Below, piece by piece: positions 1 through 8,546 of a stretch of DNA of 64,000 nt. Both the position numbers and the translations under genes were made by a program. The stretch's first letter is position 1, and every line of letters begins with the position of its first letter. The notes below the pieces were generated by a model. The model saw only the letters and a list, made by a program, of their open reading frames with translations, was not told the origin of the DNA and searched no databases. This DNA comes from Candidatus Micrarchaeota archaeon (GTDB lineage: Archaea > Micrarchaeota > Micrarchaeia > Micrarchaeales > Micrarchaeaceae): assembly GCA_021827605.1 (NCBI GenBank), contig JAKAVF010000031.1, positions 28,592 through 92,591 on the forward strand, written 5' to 3'.

Positions 1-236
1 TGGCGAAGCGACTTGGCGTCGCAGTTCTTGGCGTTGTGGAGAACATGTCGAGCGGGAAGCCGAGCAAGACAACCGAAGAGACGGTGAAGACGCTCGGCAC
101 AGAGCTGCTCGGGACCGTCGAAAGAAGGAAAGAGTTCGCGGAGTTGACAGACAAGGGAAAGATACATGTTGCTGAAGACGCCGGCGCACAGAAGGAGTTC
201 AACGCGATTATAGATAAGTTGGCAAAACATCCGTGA
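1..236 (+). CDS. Mrp/NBP35 (ApbC-like) Fe-S cluster carrier ATPase, C-terminal fragment; 5' end lies outside the window
   Basis: The frame is open from the window edge and reads AKRLGVAVLGVVENMSSGKP. The LG(V/I)VENMS motif is characteristic of Mrp/NBP35 P-loop ATPases. Stop at 234-236. Confidence 0.6.
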   Translation, partial: AKRLGVAVLGVVENMSSGKPSKTTEETVKTLGTELLGTVERRKEFAELTDKGKIHVAEDAGAQKEFNAIIDKLAKHP

Positions 237-240
237 TATC

Positions 241-888
241 ATGCCTGTTGTCACTATACCGGAATCCTCGAAGATTCTGGCGTACATAAGGCACGGCGAA
301 GCTGAGCTGAATCTTACCTATCTGTACGACGACAACCCCGAATCGCCACACCACCTGACAGAGCTAGGGAAGGAACAGGCTGAACGCGCCGGGGTCCAGT
401 TAAGGATTCTCATGGAGCGCTCGGGACTGGATTCACCGGCAAGCTTCCAGACCAGCGGATATTACAGGTCAGACGAAACCGCAGTTATAATCGCCAGGCA
501 TGTCGGTGGCCAGCTGTCCGTGTCAGAGTTGCTTAGGGAGCGTGGCCTCGGCAAGCTTAATGGTAAGACATTCCATGAAGTGTCAAGGAGATGGAAGGAG
601 GAGGCAAAGAAGTATGGCGCAGAGGAGTTCGAGGAGCTCAAGGGGCGTGCGCATAGGTTCGCAGATGGCCTCCCGCAGGGCTTCAATATAGCTGTGACGC
701 ACAAGGATGTCATAGTCGCTGCGATGGCAGACATTCTTGGAAGGAGGGATGAGCTCCAGTTCTTCAGAGAGAATCCGATACCAAACTGCAGCATAACACT
801 CATCGACTACACCAAAAGTGAGCTGCTCCTGACCGCGGTTGAATTCGTCGAGGCGCAACCGGCAGGGGCAGGAGCGCAGGCAACCTGA
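241..888 (+). CDS. Histidine phosphatase superfamily (phosphoglycerate-mutase-like) protein
   Basis: N-terminal IRHGEAELN (catalytic RHG motif) and a later His in VTHKDVI. The 215 aa length is typical of branch-1 histidine phosphatases. Confidence 0.65.
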   Translation: MPVVTIPESSKILAYIRHGEAELNLTYLYDDNPESPHHLTELGKEQAERAGVQLRILMERSGLDSPASFQTSGYYRSDETAVIIARHVGGQLSVSELLRERGLGKLNGKTFHEVSRRWKEEAKKYGAEEFEELKGRAHRFADGLPQGFNIAVTHKDVIVAAMADILGRRDELQFFRENPIPNCSITLIDYTKSELLLTAVEFVEAQPAGAGAQAT

Positions 889-1012
889 TCCCTGCTCAAG
901 TGAGCAGGCGGGAGGTTCGCACCGCTGCAGGCACCTTAACTAATACAGGCGCAAGAAAGCAAGGTATTTATACTTTGATACCTATAAGATAAGTCCAGCA
1001 GATTTCTTATGT

Positions 1013-1038
1013 TTGCATATGCAGGAGAGCATATGCAA
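1013..1038. promoter_or_regulatory. Perfect 10-bp inverted repeat (TTGCATATGC-N6-GCATATGCAA) just upstream of the thermosome TATA-like box
   Basis: Read directly. The arms are 1013-1022 and 1029-1038, with a TTATATAA box at 1053-1060 and the ATG at 1083. It is a candidate operator for a heat-shock regulator. Confidence 0.35.
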
Positions 1039-1073
1039 CGATGGAGAGCCTCATTATATAACGCTAAAATTAG

Positions 1074-2747
1074 GTGAAAACTATGGCAGAAAGTCAATTA
1101 GGTGGAGGTCAACAGGTACTGTATCTTCCGGAAGGCTCATCGAGACTTCTTGGTAGGGATGCGCAGCGTACGAACATAGCAGTAGCCCGCGCAGTAGCCC
1201 ACGCTATCAAGACAACTCTTGGACCGAAGGGAATGGACAAGATGCTTGTAAGCGAAATGGGGGACATAACGATAACGAACGACGGTGCTACTATTCTCGA
1301 GGAGATGAACGCGGAGCACCCTGTAGCGAAGATAATGGTCGACATCGCAAAGACCCAGGACAAGGAGGTCGGTGACGGAACGACAAGCGTTGTGATAATG
1401 GCAGGCGAGCTCCTCAGCGGTGCCGGAGACCTGATAGAGCAGGGTATACATCCGACAACGATAATCAAGGGCTACAAGATAGCAGCCGATAAGGCATCGG
1501 AGATCCTGCAGGAGCGTGCGCACGAAGTAAATGTGGAAGACGATACGACGCTGCAGAAGATAGCGATGGTGTCCATGGGGTCGAAGAACGTAGGCGATGA
1601 CGCCACGAAGGCACACCTGTGCAAGCTCGTGATAAGGGCGATAAAGCAGGTCATGGGCAAGAACGCCGCAGGCAAGATAGTCATAGACCATGACTTCATA
1701 AAGCTGGAGAAAAAGCCAGGGAAGAGCATTTCTGATACCGACTTTATACAAGGGGTCCTGATCGACAAGGAGATTGCGCATCCAGGCATGCCGAAGTCGA
1801 TGAAGGATGCAAGGATAGCGCTTCTAGACATAGCTCTTGAGATAGAGAAGACGGAAACTGAGGCAAAAATAGAGATCACTTCCCCAGAGCAGATGCAGGC
1901 ATTCCTGCAGCAGGAAGAGAACATGCTCAAGAGCATGGTCGAAAAGATAAAGAAGAGCAAAGCAACCGTCGTCATAACCCAGAAGGGAATCGACGATGTA
2001 GCACAACATTACCTGGCGAAGGCGGGAATAATCGCGGTCAGAAGAGTCAAGAAGAGCGACATGGAGAAGCTTTCTCGCGCAACAGGCGGAAAGATAATAA
2101 CAAGCCTTGACGACCTGAACGAAGGGGATCTCGGCGCAGCCGGTCTTGTCGAAGAAAGGAAGATCAGCGGAGAACAGATGGTCTTCGTAGAGAAGTGCAA
2201 GGACCCGAAGAGCGTCACCATATTCATAAAGGGAGGGACGCAACAGGTCATCGACGAGGCAGAGCGTTCGATAAGGGACGTGATTGGCGCGGTATCGAGT
2301 GCTATAGAAACGGGCTGGTACGTCTTAGGCGGCGGCGCAATAGAGATAGACGTCGCCACCGGATTGCGCGCATACGCGAACGAGATAGGTGGGAGGGAGC
2401 AGCTCGCCATACAGAAGTTCGCAGATGCAGTCGAGGTAGTGCCGAAGACGTTGGCGGAGAGCGCAGGGATGGACGCAATCGATGTGCTTGTACAGCTTAG
2501 GAACAAGCACAGGACAAAGGATGGCAGCGTCTATGGCGTCAACATCTTCAAGAACGAGCTCGGGAACATGAATTCTCTCGGGGTATACGAGCCGCTTAAG
2601 GTGAAGCAGCAGGCGATATCCAGCGCAAGCGAAGCCGCGGAGATAATCCTTAGGATAGATGACATGATAAGCTCGAGAGGAAAGGCGCCTGCGGGAGGTC
2701 CTCCAGGAATGGGCGGCATGGGTGGCCACGGGCATGAAATGGAGTAA
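1074..2747 (+). CDS. ths: Thermosome subunit (group II chaperonin)
   Basis: [34 protein letters not shown] and a C-terminal GMGGMGG tail. The true start is probably the ATG at 1083 (MAESQL). Confidence 0.95.
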   Translation: MKTMAESQLGGGQQVLYLPEGSSRLLGRDAQRTNIAVARAVAHAIKTTLGPKGMDKMLVSEMGDITITNDGATILEEMNAEHPVAKIMVDIAKTQDKEVGDGTTSVVIMAGELLSGAGDLIEQGIHPTTIIKGYKIAADKASEILQERAHEVNVEDDTTLQKIAMVSMGSKNVGDDATKAHLCKLVIRAIKQVMGKNAAGKIVIDHDFIKLEKKPGKSISDTDFIQGVLIDKEIAHPGMPKSMKDARIALLDIALEIEKTETEAKIEITSPEQMQAFLQQEENMLKSMVEKIKKSKATVVITQKGIDDVAQHYLAKAGIIAVRRVKKSDMEKLSRATGGKIITSLDDLNEGDLGAAGLVEERKISGEQMVFVEKCKDPKSVTIFIKGGTQQVIDEAERSIRDVIGAVSSAIETGWYVLGGGAIEIDVATGLRAYANEIGGREQLAIQKFADAVEVVPKTLAESAGMDAIDVLVQLRNKHRTKDGSVYGVNIFKNELGNMNSLGVYEPLKVKQQAISSASEAAEIILRIDDMISSRGKAPAGGPPGMGGMGGHGHEME

Positions 2748-2756
2748 TCCCTCCAT

Positions 2757-2800
2757 TCTTTTATTTTTATTTCTCTTTCCTTTCTTTTTCTGTTTCTTTA
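2757..2800. terminator. T/pyrimidine-rich tract between the convergent thermosome and LbH genes
   Basis: cttttatttttatttctctttcctttctttttctgtttctttattc. Oligo-T runs are the usual archaeal termination signal. Confidence 0.35.
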
Positions 2801-3379
2801 TTCTTCTCTCCTATGCGGGAAGATGAAAGTTCCTCCCTTCAGCGCTGCTCCCGTAACATCTTCAAGAAGCGGCCGCTGGTGCTGCGCCTCCCGAGCTGTG
2901 GTGGTGCTGCACTTTATCGATTCCTTTACGCTCACACCTGGAGCTACCTTAACGTATTCGCCAACGACTACATCAGGGCCCACGAATGCGCCCGTTCCTA
3001 TCACACAGCCCTCCTGAAGCTTTGAGTTCTTCGCAGCATACGATCCTCTTAGCATCAGCGCTTTTGGATGCGTTATGCAGGTCGGGTCCTTCTCCGCAGT
3101 TTCTTCCATCAAGCAACCAGGCATCCCGCTCGGGTTCACTCCCCTGATGAACAATCTCGTAGGGCCTCGCCTTCCCAGTTCCCTCAACTTCACAGCCCTG
3201 AACCTCAGCAGGCCTGTGCTCTGGAGATACTGTATCCTGTCGACCTCTATCCAGTCCCTGCCCTCCACTCCACGAGACCGCTCTCCGATTTTCAATTTAA
3301 TCTCAAGTCCAGAGCCGTTCGGCTTTCCAGCAGCTTCTTTATCCACATATCTTGGGTTCTGGCTTTCGATATCTTTCAT
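2798..3379 (-). CDS. Left-handed beta-helix (hexapeptide repeat) protein resembling only the C-terminal half of a sugar-1-phosphate nucleotidyltransferase; possibly a remnant
   Basis: GRDWIEVDRIQYLQS resembles the W-D-IG-xx-YL junction of NTP-transferases. It is followed by hexapeptide-like GCVIGTGAFVGPDVVVGEYVKVAPGVSV. No N-terminal Rossmann/GxGTRL domain is present. Confidence 0.4.
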   Translation of the reverse strand: MKDIESQNPRYVDKEAAGKPNGSGLEIKLKIGERSRGVEGRDWIEVDRIQYLQSTGLLRFRAVKLRELGRRGPTRLFIRGVNPSGMPGCLMEETAEKDPTCITHPKALMLRGSYAAKNSKLQEGCVIGTGAFVGPDVVVGEYVKVAPGVSVKESIKCSTTTAREAQHQRPLLEDVTGAALKGGTFIFPHRREE

Positions 3380-3488
3380 AATTCCTCACCGTAATGGGGG
3401 ATAGTCTCATGTTCTGATATTTAAAAGTTGGCAGGAGAGCGAAGTTCTATGAAAGCTTTTTATATTATCACAGCTACTAACGATTCGG

Positions 3489-4064
3489 ATGAAGAAACTC
3501 GCAATCGTAATAGGGACTCCAAGCTCCGGAAAGACGTCGCTGGTAGACTCAGTGATGAATGACAAGCGGTACAAGGTAATAAACTTAGGAGACGTCATGC
3601 AGGACATTGCTGTGAGAGAAAAATATGTTAAGAACAGGGATAAGCTCAGATATCTTCCGGTGGAAAAACAGGAAGAACTGCGCACCAAAGCTGTCGCGAT
3701 GGTCTCAAAGGAGACAGGGAATGTCATACTAGACACGCACGCCACTGTTGAGCAGCACGGAAGGTTCTTCCCAGGTCTTTCCTTCTACATGATGACCCAC
3801 CTCAAGCATACAATCGCAATATTCTACGTGGATGCGCTCACCGAGCACATAATTAGGAGGAGAAAGGCGGACAAGAGCAGGCACAGGGAGATAGAGCCGG
3901 AATGGCTCATCGACACGCAACGCGACATAAACCTGGCAATCGTCTCATACTATTCGACATATTTAAATATTCCCTTATACTTAATAGTTAACGAGGACGG
4001 AAAGCTTGCGAGCTCGATAAAGGATTTCAAAGGCAAGCTAGAAGACGCATTTGGTGAAAAATAA
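3489..4064 (+). CDS. adkA: Archaeal-type adenylate kinase
   Basis: P-loop GTPSSGKTS and ILDTHATVEQHGRFFPGL, as in archaeal AdkA. About 190 aa. It sits in the conserved adk / DUF106 / L34e / cmk / L14e order. Confidence 0.8.
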   Translation: MKKLAIVIGTPSSGKTSLVDSVMNDKRYKVINLGDVMQDIAVREKYVKNRDKLRYLPVEKQEELRTKAVAMVSKETGNVILDTHATVEQHGRFFPGLSFYMMTHLKHTIAIFYVDALTEHIIRRRKADKSRHREIEPEWLIDTQRDINLAIVSYYSTYLNIPLYLIVNEDGKLASSIKDFKGKLEDAFGEK

Positions 4065-4576
4065 TGGATCTGTTTTTGCTTACAGCAGCGGCTACGCAGC
4101 CAATGCCAGTAACACTGGCAATACTAATGGTAGCACTTGGAGTAGGCTATATAACGCTGATAACACTGCTCCAGAGGAAGTTTCTGACGAATCCAGCCAG
4201 GATTGCGGAGCTGCAGCTGAAGATAAATGCTGTTTCAGCTGAGGTAAGGCAGCATCTTAAGAACGGGAACAAGGAGCTTGCGATGGCCAAGCAGAAAGAG
4301 ATAATGCCGCATATGAAGGAATCGACTAAGATGCAGATGAAGAGCATGTTCGTCGTCATGCCGCTCTCGCTGGTCGTATACTTTGTACTGCTTCCGACCG
4401 CGTTCGCGGGAAGCTCAGCATACGTGATAAACTTCATAGTTCCGATGGGCTATCTTGCGATTTTCTTCTGGTCCGCGCTGATAGCCGGAGTAATCATGAG
4501 CGGGGTGCTCATGAGCAGGGACAGGAAGAGGGCCAAGGAGAGGATGGCGCTCACCACAGGAGCGGTCAAGGTCTGA
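4064..4576 (+). CDS. DUF106/EMC3-like membrane protein (archaeal YidC/Oxa1-like insertase candidate)
   Basis: Three hydrophobic segments flank a charged coiled region (LQLKINAVSAEVRQHLKNGNKELAMAKQKEIMPHMKE). It holds the conserved position after adkA, with a TAATG overlap to adkA. Confidence 0.6.
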   Translation: MDLFLLTAAATQPMPVTLAILMVALGVGYITLITLLQRKFLTNPARIAELQLKINAVSAEVRQHLKNGNKELAMAKQKEIMPHMKESTKMQMKSMFVVMPLSLVVYFVLLPTAFAGSSAYVINFIVPMGYLAIFFWSALIAGVIMSGVLMSRDRKRAKERMALTTGAVKV

Positions 4577-4630
4577 GTCTAAGGTCTAAATAGCTTTGCA
4601 ATATAATATTTCTGCGTATTTTGTGATCAA

Positions 4631-4948
4631 ATGCCAAAACCGATGCATAGGTCTACGAGCTTCAAGAAGTTCACACGAGTCACGGCGAGCAAGAGGACTG
4701 TAACCCGCTACAGGAGGGCCAAGCACGGCATGCCGCACTGTGCGATATGCAGGGCGGAGCTCAATGGCATAAGCACGAGTGGCGGGAAGTCAAGACGGAC
4801 AAACAGCAGGCTCTTCGGTGGAGTTCTTTGCGCAAACTGCACAGCCGAGGTAGTGAAGCTCGGCAGCAGGGTAGAACACGGCGCGATGAAGCTCAATGAC
4901 ATAGGGATAAAGCAGAGGGCATACGTCCTCCAATTGATGGCGCATTGA
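4631..4948 (+). CDS. rpl34e: 50S ribosomal protein L34e
   Basis: MPKPMHRSTSFKKFTRVTASKRTVTRYRR..HCAICRAEL is a basic N-terminus typical of eL34. Conserved gene order supports the call. Confidence 0.85.
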   Translation: MPKPMHRSTSFKKFTRVTASKRTVTRYRRAKHGMPHCAICRAELNGISTSGGKSRRTNSRLFGGVLCANCTAEVVKLGSRVEHGAMKLNDIGIKQRAYVLQLMAH

Positions 4949-4975
4949 TTTAAAGACCAATCGCTATATTTATCC

Positions 4976-5494
4976 ATGAAAATATGCATAGCTGGCCTTA
5001 GTGCCTCGGGGAAGACGACCCTTGCAAGGGAGATTGCGAGGGAGCTGAAGATTGCGCATGTGCAGCAGACATACAAGAGGCATGTGAAAAGCGACAGCGA
5101 GCTAATAAAGATGACAAAGAGCACCTCGCCGAAGTTCATAAAGGATTTTGACAGGGAAATCGCAAGCAAGGCAAGAGGGAAGGACTGTGTGATAAGCACA
5201 TGGTACGGACCATGGATAATAAGCGACGCGACGCTCAGAGTCTGGCTCAACGTCAGCGAAAAGGAAAGAATAAGAAGGAAGGCGAAGGAAAAACGGAAGA
5301 GCATCGCATACATGACGGAGTACGTCAGAGCGAGGGACAGGACAACGCAGGAGCAGTACAAGAGGGCGTACGGAAAGGCGATGGATTTCGATGTCTTCGA
5401 CATAATGCTCAACATGGAGCGCGTGACAAAGAAGGAAGCGGTATCGATCATATCGATGCTTGCGCTGATGAGGGACAAGAAAAGATTTGAGTAA
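4976..5494 (+). CDS. cmk: Archaeal-type cytidylate kinase
   Basis: P-loop GLSASGKTT, about 170 aa, located between L34e and L14e as in most archaea. Confidence 0.65.
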   Translation: MKICIAGLSASGKTTLAREIARELKIAHVQQTYKRHVKSDSELIKMTKSTSPKFIKDFDREIASKARGKDCVISTWYGPWIISDATLRVWLNVSEKERIRRKAKEKRKSIAYMTEYVRARDRTTQEQYKRAYGKAMDFDVFDIMLNMERVTKKEAVSIISMLALMRDKKRFE

Positions 5495-5522
5495 AACAAA
5501 ATAACGCTGAAGAAGTGATAAT

Positions 5523-5780
5523 ATGTTGCTAGAAGTGGGAAGAGTTTGCATAAAGAAGTACGGAAGGGACGCAGGGAGCAGGGCAGTGATAACTGCTGTG
5601 GACAAGAACGCAGTAAGGATCATTAGCGCAGACAGGCCAAAGGAGAGGAAGTGCAATCCGGCGCACCTAGAGTTCCTCAACGAGATAATCGACGTGAAAA
5701 ACAAGGAGCTGGTAAACAAGACTCTTGGGATAAAAGAGAAAACGGTAGTCCAACAACCAAAGGAAGTCAAAAAGAAGTGA
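5523..5780 (+). CDS. rpl14e: 50S ribosomal protein L14e
   Basis: KOW-like N-terminus LEVGRVCIKKYGRDAGSRAVI, 85 aa, conserved position. Confidence 0.8.
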   Translation: MLLEVGRVCIKKYGRDAGSRAVITAVDKNAVRIISADRPKERKCNPAHLEFLNEIIDVKNKELVNKTLGIKEKTVVQQPKEVKKK

Positions 5781-5788
5781 AAGCTTTT

Positions 5789-6997
5789 TTAGGACGAGAG
5801 AAGCTCGTCGGCTTCTTTCAATACCTTTTCCTTGCTGTTACCGCTGCTTAATATCTCGAACAGCCGCGACGCGTTTATTCCGCTGTCGAAGTTCTGTTCC
5901 TTGAGCTTAGAAATGAATATTCCCATTCCGAGCTCCTTGACAGACGTGCCGCCAATATTGCCTTCCCTTATCTGCTCAATCTCCTTCTCGGCATCCGGGC
6001 TCCTGAGCTTAGAAGAATCGATCTCAAGCATTAGCCTTTGTGAGTACTTGGAACTCAGGCTCCTGAGCGGCATGTCCGTATTCGTGAAACCCTTTGCTAT
6101 CGTGCCCTCGAGATGCAGCTTGAGTATCGGCCTGTCTCCGCCCGCAGAGAGGACTTTTTCAATCTCAGCGTCGCTCCTTTCCAAGACTGCCTTTGGCGTA
6201 GCGTCCTCGAACTTCAGATTGATAGAGAAGAAAGGCCTCGAATCTATCTCGATGAACCTGTGCGATGAGTTGGACGTGTCAAAGACTATGAAGCCCTTTT
6301 TTCCCTGCTCCCCGTCCTTGAGCTGGGTCAGGACAGTGCTTCCAGGAATCAGGAACTTCTTGCCGTGGACAATGCCTTCATACCTGCTGTGGATATGCCC
6401 GTCGACATAGAGGTCGAATCCCCGAGGCAGGTCGTCAAACCTTATCACATTCTCGTCGAATGGGAGAAGTTCGAACGTTGACTGGTGCATCATGAATACG
6501 TTGAACATCCCAGGCAGCGGTGCTGGGTTTATTCTCGTGAGGACTTCCTTCACCCTGTCCTCAGATATGCCGCCAAGGCCGAATACCGCAATCTTTTCGC
6601 CGCCATTCTCGATGACCACACGCGCTTCGCTTGCATCGACGAGCAATCCGGCAAGCGCGAGGAGCTCGAGCACATTCTCCTTTCCTTCCGAAGTCCTCTC
6701 GTGGGTGCCCGGAATAGCGATGATCGGGACATTCGTGTGCATCCTATTGGATGGATCCTTGCTCTCGAACTCGACTACCCTTGCCTTCCATTCCTTCCGA
6801 GACAGCTCCCTGAATATGTTTATCGCTTGCGCTATAACTTCGGGCTTCGGCGCCCTCTTGTCAAACACATCCCCAGGAATGAGTATCGCATCTGCCATCT
6901 TGCTGGCTTTTTCGAGTGCATCCTTCGCCTGCCTGAAAGCGTCCTCTGCGAAGCGCTCGTAGCCGATATGCAGATCAGAGACGATTGCAAGTTTCAT
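5789..6997 (-). CDS. mre11: DNA double-strand break repair nuclease Mre11
   Basis: Calcineurin-like phosphoesterase motifs IVSDLHIG, GDVFD, GTHE, MHQ and GHIH in Mre11 order. 402 aa. Confidence 0.8.
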   Translation of the reverse strand: MKLAIVSDLHIGYERFAEDAFRQAKDALEKASKMADAILIPGDVFDKRAPKPEVIAQAINIFRELSRKEWKARVVEFESKDPSNRMHTNVPIIAIPGTHERTSEGKENVLELLALAGLLVDASEARVVIENGGEKIAVFGLGGISEDRVKEVLTRINPAPLPGMFNVFMMHQSTFELLPFDENVIRFDDLPRGFDLYVDGHIHSRYEGIVHGKKFLIPGSTVLTQLKDGEQGKKGFIVFDTSNSSHRFIEIDSRPFFSINLKFEDATPKAVLERSDAEIEKVLSAGGDRPILKLHLEGTIAKGFTNTDMPLRSLSSKYSQRLMLEIDSSKLRSPDAEKEIEQIREGNIGGTSVKELGMGIFISKLKEQNFDSGINASRLFEILSSGNSKEKVLKEADELLSS

Positions 6998-7995
6998 CTT
7001 ATCATCTTCCCCTTTGCCCTTTTTATTATTTCATCAAGGAACCTCTTCTCGAACTCATCCGCATTTGTGCTGAGTGGGCCATAGGCTCCTGCTGCGCACG
7101 GATGCCCCCCTCCATTCCCGTTTATCACGCTACCAAGCGATTTCATTATCCGACCTAGATGTATGTCGAGCCTCCTGTCGAGAGGAGCCCTCAGCCTTGC
7201 CGAGAAAGAGACCTCCTTCGCATCCTCTGCGGTAAAGAGGGCGACATCAGCCCCTATGTTTATTGCAGCATCGGCTGCTATGTTCGCATGTGCGTGCGCC
7301 TTCCCGTGAACGTAGAGGAGGCCCTCAACCAGGTCTACCTTTGCGCTGGTGATGTCTGTCATCGTCTTAGCCCTAGCTGCTGCATCAGCGACATGCTCCA
7401 TCTTTTCCAGTACTTCCGGATACTCAACGTGCGCGATTCCCAGGAGCTCTCCTATCTGCGTGAATGTGCTAGGCGTGGAATTCCTGAGGTCTGCGGAATC
7501 GGATATTATCCCCGCAAGGAGAAGCATCGCCGTGTTCTCCTCAAGTTTCTGGTCGAGCTTCTTGAGCAGCGCGAACACTATGCTCGCAGCAGAGTTGTAG
7601 CTCTCGTCGTTGAACACTAATGCATTCTCCTTCTGTATCTCCTTTGGTGAATGGTGGTCTATGACTATAATCTTTCCCCTGAACCCCTCGAGCTGAAACC
7701 TAAACTCTCCGCAATCCTCGAAGTTGTTCACGTCTGTGAGCACGGCTAGCTCCGCATCGGGGTCGAAATTGTTCCCTATGCCTAGAGCTTCGAACCCCAT
7801 TCTCTTCAGTATCCTAGACGCATTTGCTGTGATTATGTCTGGGGTCGCCACTCTCGCATTGGTAAAATACTTTGACAGCGACACCGCAGATGCTACAGAG
7901 TCAGTATCGCCTATAGAGTGGAAAGTAATAAGCACTCGCTTGTCCTTGTTCTCCTTTATAAGAAAAGAAAGCGCGTCGAGGCCTATTTTCTCCAT
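6994..7995 (-). CDS. DHH/DHHA1 family phosphoesterase (NrnA/RecJ-like)
   Basis: Motifs HSIGDTDSVAS (DxD), LTDVNN, VIDHHS (DHH), GIISDSADL and DHHA1 GGGHPCAAG. Its TGA stop overlaps the mre11 ATG (ATGA at 6994-6997). Confidence 0.75.
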   Translation of the reverse strand: MEKIGLDALSFLIKENKDKRVLITFHSIGDTDSVASAVSLSKYFTNARVATPDIITANASRILKRMGFEALGIGNNFDPDAELAVLTDVNNFEDCGEFRFQLEGFRGKIIVIDHHSPKEIQKENALVFNDESYNSAASIVFALLKKLDQKLEENTAMLLLAGIISDSADLRNSTPSTFTQIGELLGIAHVEYPEVLEKMEHVADAAARAKTMTDITSAKVDLVEGLLYVHGKAHAHANIAADAAINIGADVALFTAEDAKEVSFSARLRAPLDRRLDIHLGRIMKSLGSVINGNGGGHPCAAGAYGPLSTNADEFEKRFLDEIIKRAKGKMIR

Positions 7996-8004
7996 ACAAC
8001 CAGA

Positions 8005-8361
8005 CTATTGTTTTCCCATCTTGAGTGCATTGGTTATCTCTTCACGCATGGACTTCTCCTTCCTGGAGAACTCCTCGTACTGCTTGTTGACAAGGCCGAG
8101 CCTCATCTCGATGGATTCCTGCCTTTCTTTCAGCTTCTTCATCGCTTCGGTCTTCGGCATCTCTACAATTGCGCCTCCGATCGTAAGGAATATCTTCCCG
8201 CCGGCCTTCTCCACCTCCGCGAGCGCTTCCCTGTGCTCCTCCTTCTGAAGCGTAAACTGCTCCTTCTGCACTGCAAGGGCCTGCAGCTGCTCCTGAAGCA
8301 GTTGATAGTCCCTCGTAAGTTTTTCAAGTTCCTGCCTTTCCATAGAATCACTGATTAGCAT
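8005..8361 (-). CDS. pfdB: Prefoldin beta subunit
   Basis: 118 aa with two heptad coiled coils flanking a central beta hairpin (KIFLTIGGAIVEMPKTEAMKKLKER). This is typical prefoldin beta architecture. Confidence 0.75.
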   Translation of the reverse strand: MLISDSMERQELEKLTRDYQLLQEQLQALAVQKEQFTLQKEEHREALAEVEKAGGKIFLTIGGAIVEMPKTEAMKKLKERQESIEMRLGLVNKQYEEFSRKEKSMREEITNALKMGKQ

Positions 8362-8413
8362 TAACCTTCTGGATTAAAGAGTTTTATTACTTTGCTTGAG
8401 CATATTTTTGAGA

Positions 8414-8516
8414 GGCTATGGCGCCAAAAGGCCGCATATGCCAGGGAGAATGCGCAGGCGCCGACATAGCCCAATCAAGGGGTAACTGCGCAAGCAATGG
8501 CCCTGAAAAGCCATAG
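8414..8516. other. GC-rich structured intergenic element (possible small ncRNA or operator cluster)
   Basis: GGCUAU-GGCGCC (8414-8425) pairs with GGCGCC-gac-AUAGCC (8457-8471), enclosing a 5-bp CGCAU/AUGCG hairpin. A second hairpin is AUGGC-ccugaaaa-GCCAU (8497-8514). Confidence 0.3.
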
Positions 8517-8546
8517 AGAACTAAAATAAATATCCAGTTAGATAAT

